DNA from: Phoronis australis
Lineage: Eukaryota; Animalia; Phoronida
Length of the DNA stretch: 64,000 nt
Direction of reading: 5' to 3'
NCBI GenBank assembly: GCA_002633005.1
Contig: NMRA01000292.1
Span: forward strand, 395,328 to 459,327
Below, piece after piece: positions 50,640-64,000 of the stretch. Both the position numbers and the translations under genes were made by a program. The first letter of the stretch is position 1. Every line of letters begins with the position of its first letter. The notes below the pieces were generated by a model that saw only the letters and a list, made by a program, of their open reading frames with translations, made no database searches and had not been told where the DNA came from.

Positions 50640-52110
50640 TATAACGCCATCGTTTTTGTTTTGGTTTTCCGCCTCCCCTGTGCCCTGCATTCAAGTGACG
50701 CACACAAATGCCATCTCATCGTTACCAACCTATATCGCTTGACGCTGAGTCTTTGTTCACCAACGTGCCTGTTGATGAGACCATTGCTATCATTTTGGAT
50801 AGTGTATACCATCACCCACATTTAAAGCCACCTGAGATTGCACCAACTCATAAGAGATTTGCTGGCCATCTGCACTACCAAAGTACCATTTCGCCATTCA
50901 AATGGCAAATTGTTTCTACATAAGATGGTGTGAGCATGGGTCCCATTTTTCTGGAATTTTATATGTCTCAAGTGGAAAAAGGGCTAGCAATGTGATTGGT
51001 GGTATTCCTATCTACATGTATGTACGATATGTAGATGACATTTTTGTTTATTGTGCTTTTGATGACTTGTTATCAGTAGGCCTACGTGATGAACTTGAGC
51101 GTGACTCTGTTTTGAAGTTTACCCACGAGCTTCCTGTAATTTTGGACGTGCTTGTGAACCATTCTCCATTTGAATTGTCTACATCAGTCACAAGCTTATT
51201 GATAAAGGTTTCTGTCTTCACGCCAAAAGCGAGTGACCTGAGTGGTATAAGGTCGCCGTTGTGTTCAACTCCCTAAAGACTGTGTATTTGGTGTCGTGTG
51301 ATTGGCTATTGTTCAAACCCTGGTGAATAATGGCTACGCCAATGCTTTTGTAGACCGTCATATTAGTCGATTCATGTCCAACATTAATTGTGAATCCACT
51401 TCACGTCGGATGGACCGATGTGACCAAAAAGGTATTTTAAAAAATGTTATGTCCAATAATTACCTCCAGGAGGAACATGCCATTAAGAAAATCATTAGGG
51501 ATAATGTTAAAGTTTGTAAGCCCGATGATTACCTCGATGTTATTATTTATTATCGGAATAGAAAGTCCTCCAAATTTGTCGAGAAAAATAACATTTCTAA
51601 AGCGAAAGTCCGCCCATTGCCAAGTGAGCGTTGTTTATAAATTTGTATGCCCTACGAAGACATTCGAATGTCTTCGAATGCCAAGCAATCATTGGTCAAA
51701 CGGTTTGCTGTCTTTCCCGTCGGTTGTCTATGCATCTTCAAAATGGCGCCATCCAAGAACATTTTCCGCAATGTCACGAACGTAAAACCACCCGTAAAAA
51801 ATTGTGGAAAACACGTTAATTTGATACGTAGAGCACGATGTGCTGCATTGGAAGTATCGGAGCCCTTTTGATTGCAGTCGAGAAGCCTGTTTTGAATGAG
51901 CAGCAAACAGGGTCGCGCCGCTCGCTACACTTGTTTTCGTGGCTTTCCTGTTACCCCCCTTCATTCGTCATTCTTTGCAGTATTTCACACCTGCCGTGTC
52001 CCCACTGTGTATGTCTCCAGCTTCTGCCCTATAGTGGTATTTCTGCGTCATTTTATTTCCACTTGAGAATGAAACGAGTATATTTCGAAATACCATGTCT
52101 CTTGGCCAGT
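50640..52110 (+). mobile_element. Degenerate Penelope-like retroelement
   Basis: SLDAESLFTNVPVDETI, YVRYVDD, LKFTHE, L.NNGY, VVYKFVCP...IGQT...HLQNGAIQEH (GIY-YIG); many frameshifts. Confidence 0.85.
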
Positions 52111-52222
52111 TGCTTTTAACAATGTTGTTATGCGTTGAGTGTCGAACTTTGTTCCGAGGATACGAACGGAACGGAATAAACATTGTTAATAACGACAAGT
52201 GTCGTGTATTCAACCAAATTTG

Positions 52223-52224
<2 letters not shown>

Positions 52225-52308
<84 letters not shown>

Positions 52309-52401
52309 TGTGNNNNNNNNNNNNNNNNNNNNNNNNNNNNNNNNNNNNNNNNNNNNNNNNNNNNNNNNNNNNNNNNNNNNNNNNNNNNNNTGTGTGTGTG
52401 T
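52225..52401. repeat. (TG)n microsatellite spanning a small N gap
   Basis: Direct observation; gap at 52313-52390. Confidence 0.98.
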
Positions 52402-52699
52402 GGATAAAGGGGGGTCGTGGCGAAGGGCCCTGCGGACACACCCCACGGGCGACTAAAAGTCGCCGCCAGCATATCGTTCTGGGCGCTACGCTCCTATTTT
52501 CCTTTATAATTGTGCTTGGACACCACTTGAAATGCACGCAGACCTTTGCCTTCAAGTATGTGTGGTTGTACCCCCTTTCTCCGACATCCAAGATCCATCA
52601 CTGCAAGCTCAGTAAATACCCACTCGCGACATACTTGTGAGTCAGGTTTTGCGAGTTCAATGCACTTTTAAAATTCAGCGCTCATGGCGATACGATGGG

Positions 52700-53769
52700 C
52701 TTTGGGCGTCTACTTACCTCTAATTTTACCACTACATCACTGTCCTCCATGACTGAACGGAGCCGTTTCTTCCAACCAGAAATACTTTTCCGTAATTCTT
52801 CCATCGAGATTTCTTCCTGTGACATAATTATCCTGTCTTTTTACTCCTGCTCAGTCAATTTGTCTCGCACTCCGCGGTAACATTTCTCCTTCCGAGAGTC
52901 CCATATAGCATAGTCCATTGGATTGCAGTGAGGACTGAGCGGAGGTCACTCGTCCTTTTTGATTAATTTTGGTGTGGTCTCCTCCAGATGAGCCTGGATT
53001 ATCTTGCTCGTGTGTGAAGGATCCCCATCTGATAAAACACGTAGTTGTTTCCAGGATGAAGTCACCTGCAATCCGCGAGATTTTCATCCAATAACTACAT
53101 GTAGCGTTGACTTTAGCTCTACCAGTGTCAATAAAATGAATATTTGTTTTTCTTGCCCATGATATTCCATCGGAAACCATTACTTTTTTGGAAAGCCTGG
53201 AAGTCTCATGATATAGTCGAGAAGGCTGAATTTCTCGTTTTTTTGTTTCCCATAAACACGATCGTTTTGGTGATTTTTAGGGATTTCTAGCGTAAAGTCT
53301 TTTTCATCAGTGAAAATGATTCTTTTCACAGTGGCTGAATAGCGGTCATGCAAGTATCGGCATCGAGCTTTTCTTTTCCTTCTAACATTTTGATCTCTCC
53401 ACGATATCCACATTCTTTTGAAGTGCTTTAACAACAGCTTTTTCTCCATTCTTTGCACAGAAGAATTGCTCACTTGTAAATCGCTTACGACTTTTCTCAG
53501 AGATTTGTAATTCCCGGGTTGTCCTCTTGGGACTGAATCAGTTCCTCAACACGATCCTCGTTTTCTTTCGAACATGCAGTCTTGGGTCTTCCACTTCCAC
53601 TTTTACGCGCAACAGACCTCGTGTTGCGTATTTTAGCAATACCGGTAAGTCTATTCACGGTTGTGCGACTCCACACCTGTCCTGGGAACTCCCTTGCTAT
53701 ATTTCTTCCGCTCCACCCTTTCTCCTTGAGACAGGTTTCAATTGTAAATTGTAAATTTATCATTTTCAC
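52700..53769 (-). pseudogene. Tc1/mariner-superfamily transposase pseudogene (DDxD, maT-like)
   Basis: HTH with GSGRP, IIFTDEK, NHQNDRVY, MV..GIS, SP.CNPMDYAIW; frameshifts; TIRs not recognised. Confidence 0.85.
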
Positions 53770-54970
53770 TCAAAGGCATTCCTATAAACCGAAATATTGG
53801 ACAGAACTGATTTGGACACAGATCTGACAATAAAAATCAGTAGACTTGAGCTTTATATTTACGTATGTATGTATGTATGTATGTATGTATGTATTCCCTC
53901 CCCCCCCCTTCCCTGTAGCCCTCTCGTCCCTCTTTCTCCTCTGTCTCCCCTGCTTAATCCGCCGATGAGTTAATCACAATCTCACACAGGGAACGTACAA
54001 GAGAAAATTGAGGAAGCTGTGCCTATCACTAAATTTATTACAAGTACGACACCTTATAGGCTAGCGTGACACTAAGAAGTGCCTCCTGGTCAAACCATTT
54101 CACATTCGCACACAGCTTAGCCTTCGTATGTTACGACCACCGCAAATGTTGAACTACGTGCTTAGCCAACGGAGAACTCGGGTTCCTGTTTGCTAAGTCG
54201 AGAAGCAAATACCCAGCTTGTCACATTACATTTACCTCGTGAGACCAAATCCACACTAGGTTGAGGGCGAGGTGAATTTTGACCTAATTGGCCATTCACT
54301 CATATAATATCGTACAGTAATACCACCCTCCAGAGGGGATTGGTTCATAAAAGGGGACGCAAAAATATTCTAAGGCCCTTTAAGACAACAATTAAATGAG
54401 CTAGTCCAAGTGGGATATTTTACTAAGAACTTGCATCGATGTTTGTGGGTAACCGGCATCGAGATAAAACTTAGAGAATATTGGTTAAGCTTACAGTTAG
54501 TTCATCGTCAACGGTGGTTTTTTTGTGCATTTGTCGAATTTGCCACACTGAATACAGCACGGTACATTTTTACGGAATTTAACACGCATAACATTTTGCA
54601 GGTCAGTAGGATATGTCCAAAATATTATACAATATCAGAAAAAAGTTTTAATGGTGTTTTTGATTTCCAAAAATCCCAAGAGTTCCTTTGGAATGCACAG
54701 ACGTTAACACAAACACCACAGCTGACTATTCACATGCAGAATAAACTGATTTTTCAGACTCTGATCAGCTGACCGCCAGATAAGGGCAAAACGGCTAGAG
54801 CTCTCCCAGACAATGTCAATCACAACAAAACATTACACTTTGTGCGTATTCAAATACATACAATCACCTTTCCACCAGTTTTTCGTATACGTATTACACC
54901 AAATACAGCATAAATGATTTCGGTCGGCTTCCGGCTGCCTGTGAAGCGTGCACCTCACAGCTGGTATTAC

Positions 54971-55092
54971 GTGACCATGAGCAACAAGAAAGGATTGTTA
55001 ACCATGTGATTTAATATCAGGTGACCCTGAGCAAAAAGAAAGGTTTGCCAACCATCTGATTTGATATCAGGTGACGCTGGGCAAAAAGAAGG
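54971..55092. repeat. 50-bp minisatellite, about 2.4 copies
   Basis: GTGACC.TGAGCAA.AAGAAAGG...ATATCAG unit starting at 54971, 55021 and 55071. Confidence 0.85.
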
Positions 55093-55839
55093 ATCTCGAC
55101 TCTTGTCAACTGGCATCAGATGATTTTTATAAAGAGCACATTTAGATTAACACATAAATTTAAAAAACAGACCGCAACCAATTTATTTTTTGGCCCAATA
55201 AGAGCTTTTTGTGCGCTCAAACGACTTCTTAATTGGAAAGCACTGAATATATTACAAGCAAAAGCTTTTTGTGCGCTTAAATGACTTTTTACTTGGAAGC
55301 ACTAAGAACGCCATACTACGTCGTAGTCACGTCTCCATCTCCCATGATGCAAGCGCGCTCATCTTTTTATCCGCCAGGGCTCCCAGTGGAGAGCATACTG
55401 TTGTAAAACTGAGGGCCCGAGGTGAACTCACTACAATAGTTACTCGCGATCAAAATCTAAGAGAACATGCGTTCCCCCGGTAACGAGTGGCGAAGTCTTA
55501 CGAAAACTTGTACGATTAGGCCAAATTCACATAGTTTTACTTGTATTTGGCCTACTGAACGCATTTTGAAGGTTTAAGTCGTATGCAGTACAACCTTTGG
55601 TTTCTCATGTATCGTGGTGGAGGTCTTTGTTCTTATGTTTTTAATACAGTGACTTCACCATCTTAAGTATAATTTAATTACACCTCGTTACAATTGTATT
55701 TCGAGGGCCGAATGGAGCTCATTGATTATTCCAAGGGGAAGATTTTAGCACTAACTTGATTTAGTTATGATTTCGGCTTGACCCAATATGGCGCCGCCGT
55801 GGAAGTTTAAAGAGGAACATTTATTTCTGTGTTCAGAAA

Positions 55840-56400
55840 TGTTTTCGAGATGGCATCCAGTAGGGCGCATTTCAGAAAGGTTTTTGCATAAAAATTGTCA
55901 TGTTTAGGCTAATGCTCAAAGAAGAGTGATGTGTTTTTGAAGGTCATCATGCATGAATAACTGAGAATCAGAATTTCAGGTATATCGGCTCTTAAGAAGA
56001 AAAAGACCCCATGCAGGCTCTCTTTAGATCGCGTTACATGTGGAAAGTATAAGACGCCAATTGTCCTAATTTGCTTTCTTTTAAAGGACCATTCAAGTGT
56101 TTTAAGGTGATCCCTTGTCAGTAGAGACGCCGTCGGATTTCTCGTGTTGTGTTTTCCTAGCTGAACCATAAGTAAAACCATAAAGGCCATGGCTGAACCA
56201 GGGCGCTCCGGACGGGAATAGTTAGTTTCCGAAAGAGCCCACCACTTCTGAAGAATGACAACCCCACGCGGGATCTTTTTTTACAAGAGAAGTAAGTTTC
56301 GTAAAAGGAACGCCCTGAGGTGGCTCTTTCGATTATCCTCGGTATTCAGCATTGCAGAACTGAAACGCCGGTATTATTCACACTATACGGACCTCTAGAA
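55840..56400 (+). pseudogene. Possible highly degraded piggyBac-like transposase fragment
   Basis: Scattered motifs in the expected order across frames (SR.HF..H..N, LSLD, QG, FFT, GSFDY); weak. Confidence 0.3.
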
Positions 56401-56914
56401 ATAGCAATGAGAGCGAAAAGTCAACTGCAATATGAATGATCATCACCGATTCTTACAGAGTATGCGTGAAGTAGACACCTCACCACACACCTGATCGTCA
56501 CATCACCCGAGCTACTTAAAATAAGTCCAAAAAGAAGTCTCGGATTCAAGCCCCGGTCGCGACATAAATGTTTTAGGATTTGTAATGGCTTGGGCGCGTG
56601 CAACCATGACCACTTTATGTATGAATAATAATATTAATAAAGTTTTCGTCATTAGTCTTGTATTTCTTTGGGCCTAGAATACGTCGCTTTCTGGGAAAGT
56701 AGACCACCTTCAGCGCGATCACCGTGATCTGGAATTAAATGATTTCAATAAAATTATATAAACTTGAGCGATAAATCAAGGTCTGGTGAAATGGTTGAAA
56801 TTAAACAAGACAATCCTTTACCTTTCTACGAAAAATCTAGATTTACGGTATAGCAAGGTACACTCATATTAACGTTTTCGTACTAGAATGCTCTACACAT
56901 GCGTTTATACGTAA

Positions 56915-57810
56915 GTACATACATACATACATACACACGCGCATGCACACCTACAAGCACGCACACAAACATACATACACATGTACATACATACATACAC
57001 ACGTACATACATACATACACACGTACATACATACATACATACACACGTACATACATACATACACACGTACATATATACATACATACACGTACATACACAC
57101 ACACACACACACACACGTACATACATAGATACACACGCGCATGCACACCTACAAGCACGCACACAAACATACATACACATGTACATACATACATACACAC
57201 GTACATACATACATACACACGTACATACATACATACATACACACGTACATACATACATACACACGTACATATATACATACATACACGTACATACACACAC
57301 ACACACACACACACGTACATACATAGATACACACGCGCATGCACACCTACAAGCACGCACACAAACATACATACACATGTACATACATACATACACACGT
57401 ACATACATACATACACACGTACATACATACATACATACACACGTACATACATACATACACACGTACATATATACATACATACACGTACATACACACACAC
57501 ACACACACACACGTACATACATAGATACACACGCGCATGCACACCTACAAGCACGCACACAAACATACATACACATGTACATACATACATACACACGTAC
57601 ATACATACATACACACGTACATACATACATACATACACACGTACATACATACATACACACGTACATATATACATACATACACGTACATACACACACACAC
57701 ACACACACACGCACATACACACGTACACACACACACACACACACACACATACATACACATATACATACATACATACATACATACACAAATACGTTCGTAC
57801 TTACACACAC
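56915..57810. repeat. Compound (CA/TACA) microsatellite with a 198-bp higher-order repeat, about 4 copies
   Basis: GCATGCACACCTACAAGCACGC recurs at 56941, 57139, 57337 and 57535. Confidence 0.95.
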
Positions 57811-59077
57811 TCACATACAAATTCATGCGTTCATTCAGCGACGGGGGATTATTGAACCAGGGGCGCCGTTTAATAGTGATAGGGAGGTATTTTTGGGCGT
57901 GCCTCCTGATCGGAGGTTAAACCCTGCCCCTCCCTCCCTCCCTCCCCGTAAATCTCCCCGCACTGAGTCATGCACGCATACATACATACTCATATGCAAC
58001 AGATATTATTGATCGTGAACTTTGATGTTCATGAAAGCTATTACAAGCTCTGTCTATAAAAATGTGCAGTAAAGCCGCAGCTTCCTTCAGAAAATCAACG
58101 TATACTTTTCAATTATCTAAAATCGGACTCCTCTTGTTGCTTATTTAGATTCGAAATGATTTATGGTCGTCAGAAGAACTCATTATTCTTTGTAGCGGCT
58201 CGTGAAGTTAGTTTCAACCACCGAAGCAGTATGACTATCACAGGTGTAGTTCAAGCGAAGGATAAGAACACGATGGCGTTGCTTTGGAAGAGCACAACGC
58301 CTGAAAGGGCCACCCATACGGAGACCCACGCGGCTTAATTGAATGCAAATGAGGCCAACTTAGAGCTCACACCTGTGCCAAAGGGAACTGTGAGAAATTT
58401 GCCTCGCGAGGCCGTGAGGTAACTGTCTCACTTGTTGGATTTCTTTCACATAGCGAGCGTCAATCTTTAGTTTGTGGGCTACTGCAAACGAACAGCTGCG
58501 AGCCCCGTATGATCTGCGAAAAGTGAATTTGGTCAGTGAGCACTTTGCCTTGCTGAATGCAGTTAACAATGACGTGATGTTAATTTCGCTTTAAGCACAC
58601 CGCTGAGTTCACAGTTTTCCGTCTGTGGTGACCCTGATCACTTTCGGTAGCCAATGAACAATAATTGTGGAATTACCAGACAACAACAAATCAATATCGC
58701 TCGCTCATTGTAACTGTGAGTTCTACTTTTAGTCTTGATAACTACGAGCGTAATTTACAAGTCAGTGTGCATTTTTGCCTCCCTGTGTGCGGGAAACCCA
58801 TATCGAACTATGTGCTGAGCTACAGCTCGCTTTAGGCAAGCAATTGAGTTCGTAGCCATCCGTCTTCGGCGTCCCTAACGAAAGTCTTTTTTGATTCCAA
58901 AACACGGTTTATAGGGGCTTTACCTTTCTGAAAATTAGTATGGGGAGCCAAAATAGTTACTTTTTTACGAGCTTGTGTTGCGCTGTAGATTAAAAAATTC
59001 AACATCTTTTACTGTATTAAGGTACGTACCCAATAACTTACTTGGTCAATTAAGATAGGAAAACTGCTGAGTGCGGC

Positions 59078-59269
59078 CTAAAACGAGATTTCATTTTCCG
59101 AGAGCATTTTGTCCTTGACAACCTCTTTCCTTGTCAGTTTCTCGGCATCCTGTATAGTGTCAGTTAGAGGACGACCTTTTGTTTCCGGAAGTATAAAGGT
59201 GGCCCCGGAAGCACCAAGAGCTAATACACCGATGGAAACCATCGATAACTCTTTGAGGCCGATGTTACG
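59078..59269 (-). CDS. SLC22-like transporter last coding exon
   Basis: poly-T tag| acceptor, phase 0; hydrophobic TM12 then LPETKGRPLTDTIQD (LPETKG motif), stop TAG. Confidence 0.92.
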   Translation of the reverse strand, partial: RNIGLKELSMVSIGVLALGASGATFILPETKGRPLTDTIQDAEKLTRKEVVKDKMLSENEISF

Positions 59270-60579
59270 CTAAAAAAAAACAATATAAAAGCTGTACACC
59301 TGAATGAATAATGGGGCTATAAACCTGCCTTACGTCCCAAAACTAACTTTTGATTTAGACGACTCACCGTTAGAAATTGGTCTCAAAGTGCTCCGTAGAC
59401 AATGTCTCGGCTTAGAGCGAACTGACAGATCGTCATTGCGTGAGACCAGGCATTAACAAACTGCACCATCTTTTTCAAGTTCAGATATCACTTCTCATCT
59501 GAGCTTGTTTGAAAAATGCTGAGACCAGTTTTATAGAGGCAACTGATCTCCGGGATGCGGCTTTCAATTTTAACAGTTTTTAGCAAACATGTGAACGTAA
59601 GATAATCGGGGCCGTAAAACAAAGCATGGTTGACATTGGTTGCAATCAACTGCCTTCAACATTTCCGCCGGATCATTCGGCTAAGATTGCGTTTGGTTCT
59701 TGATGGCGTCAAGAGACCAATTACGTATTTCCTCCGATTAGCGCGGCGGAGCCGGAGCAGTCAATCACATGCAGCCACATTAGTATCAAAAATCGAATCA
59801 TTATAGTTCTAGTGAGTATGCCTACCCCTAGACGTAAACGCTTCTGAAGACGGGACTGTAATTTCCCTAATATCTTTAGCACGTGTACTATTAAAAGCAA
59901 CTTCGCAACAAAATTGCTCGCTGTTCAGAAACGGGACTGCCAAACAGCGAAACAACTCTTTCAACTGACTCGCTTGTCTACTACTTGCGGCGAGGGATTG
60001 AAGGTACTGACTGAAGGTGCTGAACATCCAAATCTCATTGATTTGGAGCATAACCGAATTTGAAAAGCCTTGTATACAGTAAATGGTTTGAACAAAAATG
60101 GGTCAGACCAGCCAGCTGCACTGAACTAATAGTTACGACAAATGTCTTGTAACCTGACAAAACATTTATAGATTTTTGTTCCAAATATGGTGATGAATTA
60201 AACAGCGGCGTATCTTGTTAGTTCTTCACCAGGGCTTTCATTAACCGTTAAATTTTCGATAGGATAACCATTCCCTCTTTCTTATGTCTGTAAATAACCT
60301 TATCGACAACTTCGTGGACTTGGGAAAATATTGAGAAAACTATAGATTTTAACTCAGTAAAAGTATAAAAGTAAAATTATTCTGAAAATAGAATTTGATT
60401 TTTGACATTTTACCAATCTGATATTAAGGGTCATGTGACCATGTCTTTCAGCAAAATTTAGCAAAAAAAGAAAAGTACATTAATAGCAAAACAATGGTAT
60501 CAACAACATGATCAAATTTTATTTGATGTCAGTGTTTAAGAAAAGATATTTAGTGATTTAATAACATAGCCTCCTGAAC

Positions 60580-61125
60580 ACCTCTCTGAAACCAGTTTTT
60601 CTTGACTTTGTCATTCTTAAATTCGTGCTCTGTGTCCTGGAGGTGGTTAAATACGGTAAACGACACCCCCTCACCAGCAGCCCTCCTACGTTCGTATATG
60701 CGCTTTTTAACGGTTGTTCTGTTTCCACAGCATACATCGCCTAGCAGTTCTCTCCCTTACACTGAATCCCATAAACAATTCCACTAACTGACACGCTCTT
60801 GCTTTACTTTATCCTTAGGGCGGACAAGTAGCTGATGTAACGTTCTCGACGGCTTATGCGTCACCCTTATGCCATATTGGCCACAAATACATTTTAGCTT
60901 CTGGGAAACACCTTTAACATACGGAAACATGTCACTGTTGTAGGACGTTCCTGTTGCTGCCGTCACCCGACCCTACCCGCAATCGTGAACGCCCTTTATG
61001 TGGTAGTCGCACTTAGCGAGAACCTGGTTCACGAGTCATCACTCCTCTTCCTTGCCTCTTGGTTCCGAAACTGTGGTGTCCGCTCCGTAAGTGAGAGTCC
61101 GGATGACGCCATACTTATACTCTAA
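60580..61125 (-). mobile_element. Penelope-like fragment (RT C-terminus to GIY-YIG)
   Basis: FPYVKGVSQKL..I...YGIRV.HKP..TL.QLL..PKDK. Confidence 0.75.
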
Positions 61126-61649
61126 ATCCTTCACTGAACAAGCAAGGTGGAGCTCGCTTCAAAGTGTTGTCTACTTGGGGCGACAGTATACGTGAGGTTG
61201 GTAACCAAACGAGATCTCATGAGAAAACAAGAGACGACAGTTCCCGTGAATCAACAGTGCCACCCTCCGTTTGAAGGAGGCGTGATGCCTCCGAGATCCT
61301 AGGAGTTTTTTATGAGTATTGTTCAGTAAACCAGATTCAATTCGATTTACAATCTTAGGAAATGTGTTCAAATGTTCGATCTTCGAACGAGGCGCTACAA
61401 AACTAGCACTTGTGATTATTATGAAAAACTCAAAGTTGCATTTTGAAGAAAATACATTTCCTTTTACTGAATTAAATTCGATAGTTTTATAGATAATTGG
61501 CTAAATTCATTGACTTGTTGATAAGGGCCAACATAACCTTATTATCCGTAAAACACTGAGGCATTAGTATTCCTTTAATGAAAGTGCGCGAATTGAGAGT
61601 ATAAATTGATTATTAATTATCATTTTGAAGTTGAGCCATGGAAACTTAC

Positions 61650-61722
61650 CAGGAAAAGGATTTGTGGTACAAACACAGCGCCGAGTCTTGAAAAGAACGC
61701 ACACGTTCCCAAACCAACATTT
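61650..61722 (-). CDS. SLC22-like transporter exon
   Basis: ttacag|...|gtaagt; phase 2 to 0; NVGLGTCAFFSRLGAVFVPQILFL (TM11-type G-x-G...R-x-G...P). Confidence 0.9.
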
Positions 61723-63186
61723 CTGTAAGAGAGCAGACTGTTCTCAGAACATTGCTAACAGTGGCGGCTCTTGTTCGACCATCAAAATTACCGCCATTAC
61801 TAGACGCCACTGATTTTCCCATTTTATGAACTGCAAAATATTGACATCTTGAAGAGATTCTATTATTTAGTCATATACACTGTATTTCGAATGATAAGAA
61901 TCGTTTTAAGTTTTCAAAAGGATACTAAGCACGGCTTTGATGGTTTTCACCAATCCATTGGAATCTGCCTGAGTAGTAAAGGCAAGATTCAACCGACAAC
62001 GCATACTAACAATGTGACATATGTAAAGCGTAGGTCACGCTAGCTGAACCGTTTAGGATACTTTGTAATTTTCAAATTTTGCTCCAAAATGTTGAGGGTT
62101 GCTGAGGATTATAGAGCATTGTTTTGTTTTAGAGAGATGGATGGGAAAGTCGAACTCAACCTTGAAATCCAATAGTTTATTAGTACGTTTTCGTTCTTCT
62201 TCGTACGTAAATCGTTTAAAGGGACATCATTGGTTTTACGGAAGAAAAGACATTTTAAGGGTCATTGTTGGCAAGGATAGAAGTTATTAGCTTTGACCAG
62301 AGATACAAAACAACAATGTCCGTTGTGTTTTGTGGTTTTATTACAAATTGTCAATTTTCGAAACTGTCAGCCAGCCATTTGCTGAAACCAAGGCCAATGA
62401 CTTTTCAAATTAATTACTCTTAAAACAATTTGCCATTTATTATACCTTACCCCAGGTTAATCGTGACTGAAAATTTAGCCGTAATTATAATGTGACTAAT
62501 CTGTGAGTAAACAATTAGTCATGACTGGAATGTGACTAGGATGTCTTCAAATACGTGATAGAGTTAGTAGCTCTATCACGTATGTTACATAATGTACACT
62601 GTATCGGTGTGACTTAATTGAGACTAGTCCATCTTTGTATCTTTGGGTGTAACTAAATTGTGACTAATATACATTTGCCTTGTATGGGTGTGACTAAATT
62701 GTTGTCTCATTTTGCACTTAATGACCCCAGCATTAAAGCTATACGTTCGAGTCTGAACTCGAAATTTCGAGTTCCAGCTCAAGTTTGCAGGTCATATCTA
62801 AGGATCACCAAATGCGAACTTGAAGTAGACACCCAAGTGCGTGAGCCATAATCTACCCGATGATGGAAAAAACAATTATCATGAATTTGTAGAAAAGTAG
62901 AACAGAAACTATCAAAGATATTGTCGACTTCGAGTAAAAAGGTTAGACTCAGGACCCTGGTTTGTACAGCTGCTCAGTGATTGGTTAATTTCAAATTCCA
63001 CAGATGTGGCGGCTGATTTGTATTCAAACTGAGATATTGAAATTACAATGTCAAGCTTCTCATAAGTAGTGAAAAATACTACACCATGCATTTGTAGAGC
63101 GTTATGTTGTGTGCTACATTAGGTCATTAGCATTTTAGCTGCAGTACACTCATTCCTAACCACAAGTGTAGCAACATGTTGACCTT

Positions 63187-63408
63187 GGGCCCGTTCCAAG
63201 AAACTGACTTAAGTTCATTTTTACTGAAGTCTAAGATTTGTCTTAACTTTGAAACTTCCACATCCGGTAAGATAGTCAAAATTAAGACAAAACTTAATTA
63301 AAAACTTAGGTCAAGCTTAAGATCTCTTTCTTGAAACGGTGTCTTGTCTTAAAATTGAATGAAATTTAAGATTTATCTCAGCTAAGTCAGCTTTCTTGGA
63401 ACCGGCCC
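63187..63408. mobile_element. Harbinger-like MITE family B, copy 2
   Basis: CTT|GGGCCCGTTCCAAGAAA...TTTCTTGGAACCGGCCC|CTT, 3-bp TSD. Confidence 0.85.
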
Positions 63409-63904
63409 CTTACTAAGTTTGAGTGAAAGGCTAACCAAAGAGTTAAGTCTGCTGTAAAGTCACAACAATTTTCATCATTTATTGAGTCACAAAGTATTCA
63501 AGAATTTGCACTAATATTTACAGGAGTCCAGTTTGGCTAGAAGTTCTAACAACCTGTAATTAACAGCTGGGTTTAGATATGATTTCATTGCCTTTAGGCT
63601 TGAATATTAGGAGATGCATGTTGGTCATTGTATTCAGTGAAAATAGCTTGGGACTAGCTTGAGCCTTTTCTTATGACAGTGTTTAGCTGCCAGGTGGACC
63701 TGTAGGCATTCATGCACTTCGCTTGCTGTTTGGAGAGACATATTATTTGCACTTCTTCACATTTCATCAACTGAGTATATAATACAAAACTTGTCAGCAT
63801 AGCAAAACAATGCAGCATCAGCAGAGAGGAGAATCGCAAAAACATTCTGTGTACATCAAACTATTGAGTTCTGGTTAGATATTCGAACATTTAAATGGTT
63901 ATAC

Positions 63905-64000
63905 CTGACAACCGTTGGGAACATCTCCGCCGAGTATAAATATTGGACACAAAAACCAGCGGCAATCGTCACTCGCCCTAGCAACGCGAATCCTGTTGGA
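63905..64000 (-). CDS. SLC22-like organic cation/anion MFS transporter exon (runs off window)
   Basis: PTGFALLGRVTIAAGFCVQYLYSAEMFPTVVR (E-x-F-P-T-x-x-R motif); AG|gtataa donor, phase 2. Confidence 0.9.

Noticed and set aside
51968-52640. ORFs across the (TG)n tract
   Set aside because: Artefacts of the microsatellite and N gap.
56883-58012. His/Thr/Tyr- and Cys/Val/Met-rich ORFs of 300+ aa
   Set aside because: They are translations of a stop-poor microsatellite in multiple frames.

Overview
This is eukaryotic (invertebrate-like animal) genomic DNA, AT-rich and dense in transposons. I see no prokaryotic operons, CRISPR array or rRNA. Host gene 1 is a minus-strand multi-SRCR (scavenger receptor cysteine-rich, group A) gene. 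I spliced 12 of its exons by hand (42467 down to 2334) into one continuous frame of about 860 codons, giving seven divergent SRCR domains and the start of a CUB-like domain; its 5' and 3' ends were not located. Host gene 2 is represented by the last three coding exons of a minus-strand SLC22-like MFS transporter (64000 down to 59078). Introns and intergenic DNA hold a Gmr1-type Gypsy element (integrase before RT) nested in the LTR of a second Gypsy, several Kolobok/THAP derivatives with TTAA target sites (one with a KolX/P2X7-C-terminal-like fragment), an Academ-like element with long modular TIRs containing a nested MULE and MITE, ISL2EU-like remnants, three Penelope fragments, a mariner-type pseudogene, Harbinger-like MITEs, SINEs and microsatellites. 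The most unusual observation is an ~800-bp inverted-repeat element inside the coding sequence of SRCR domain 7 that appears to supply its own splice sites (introner-like intron gain). All family calls are by-eye motif recognition; no searches were run.
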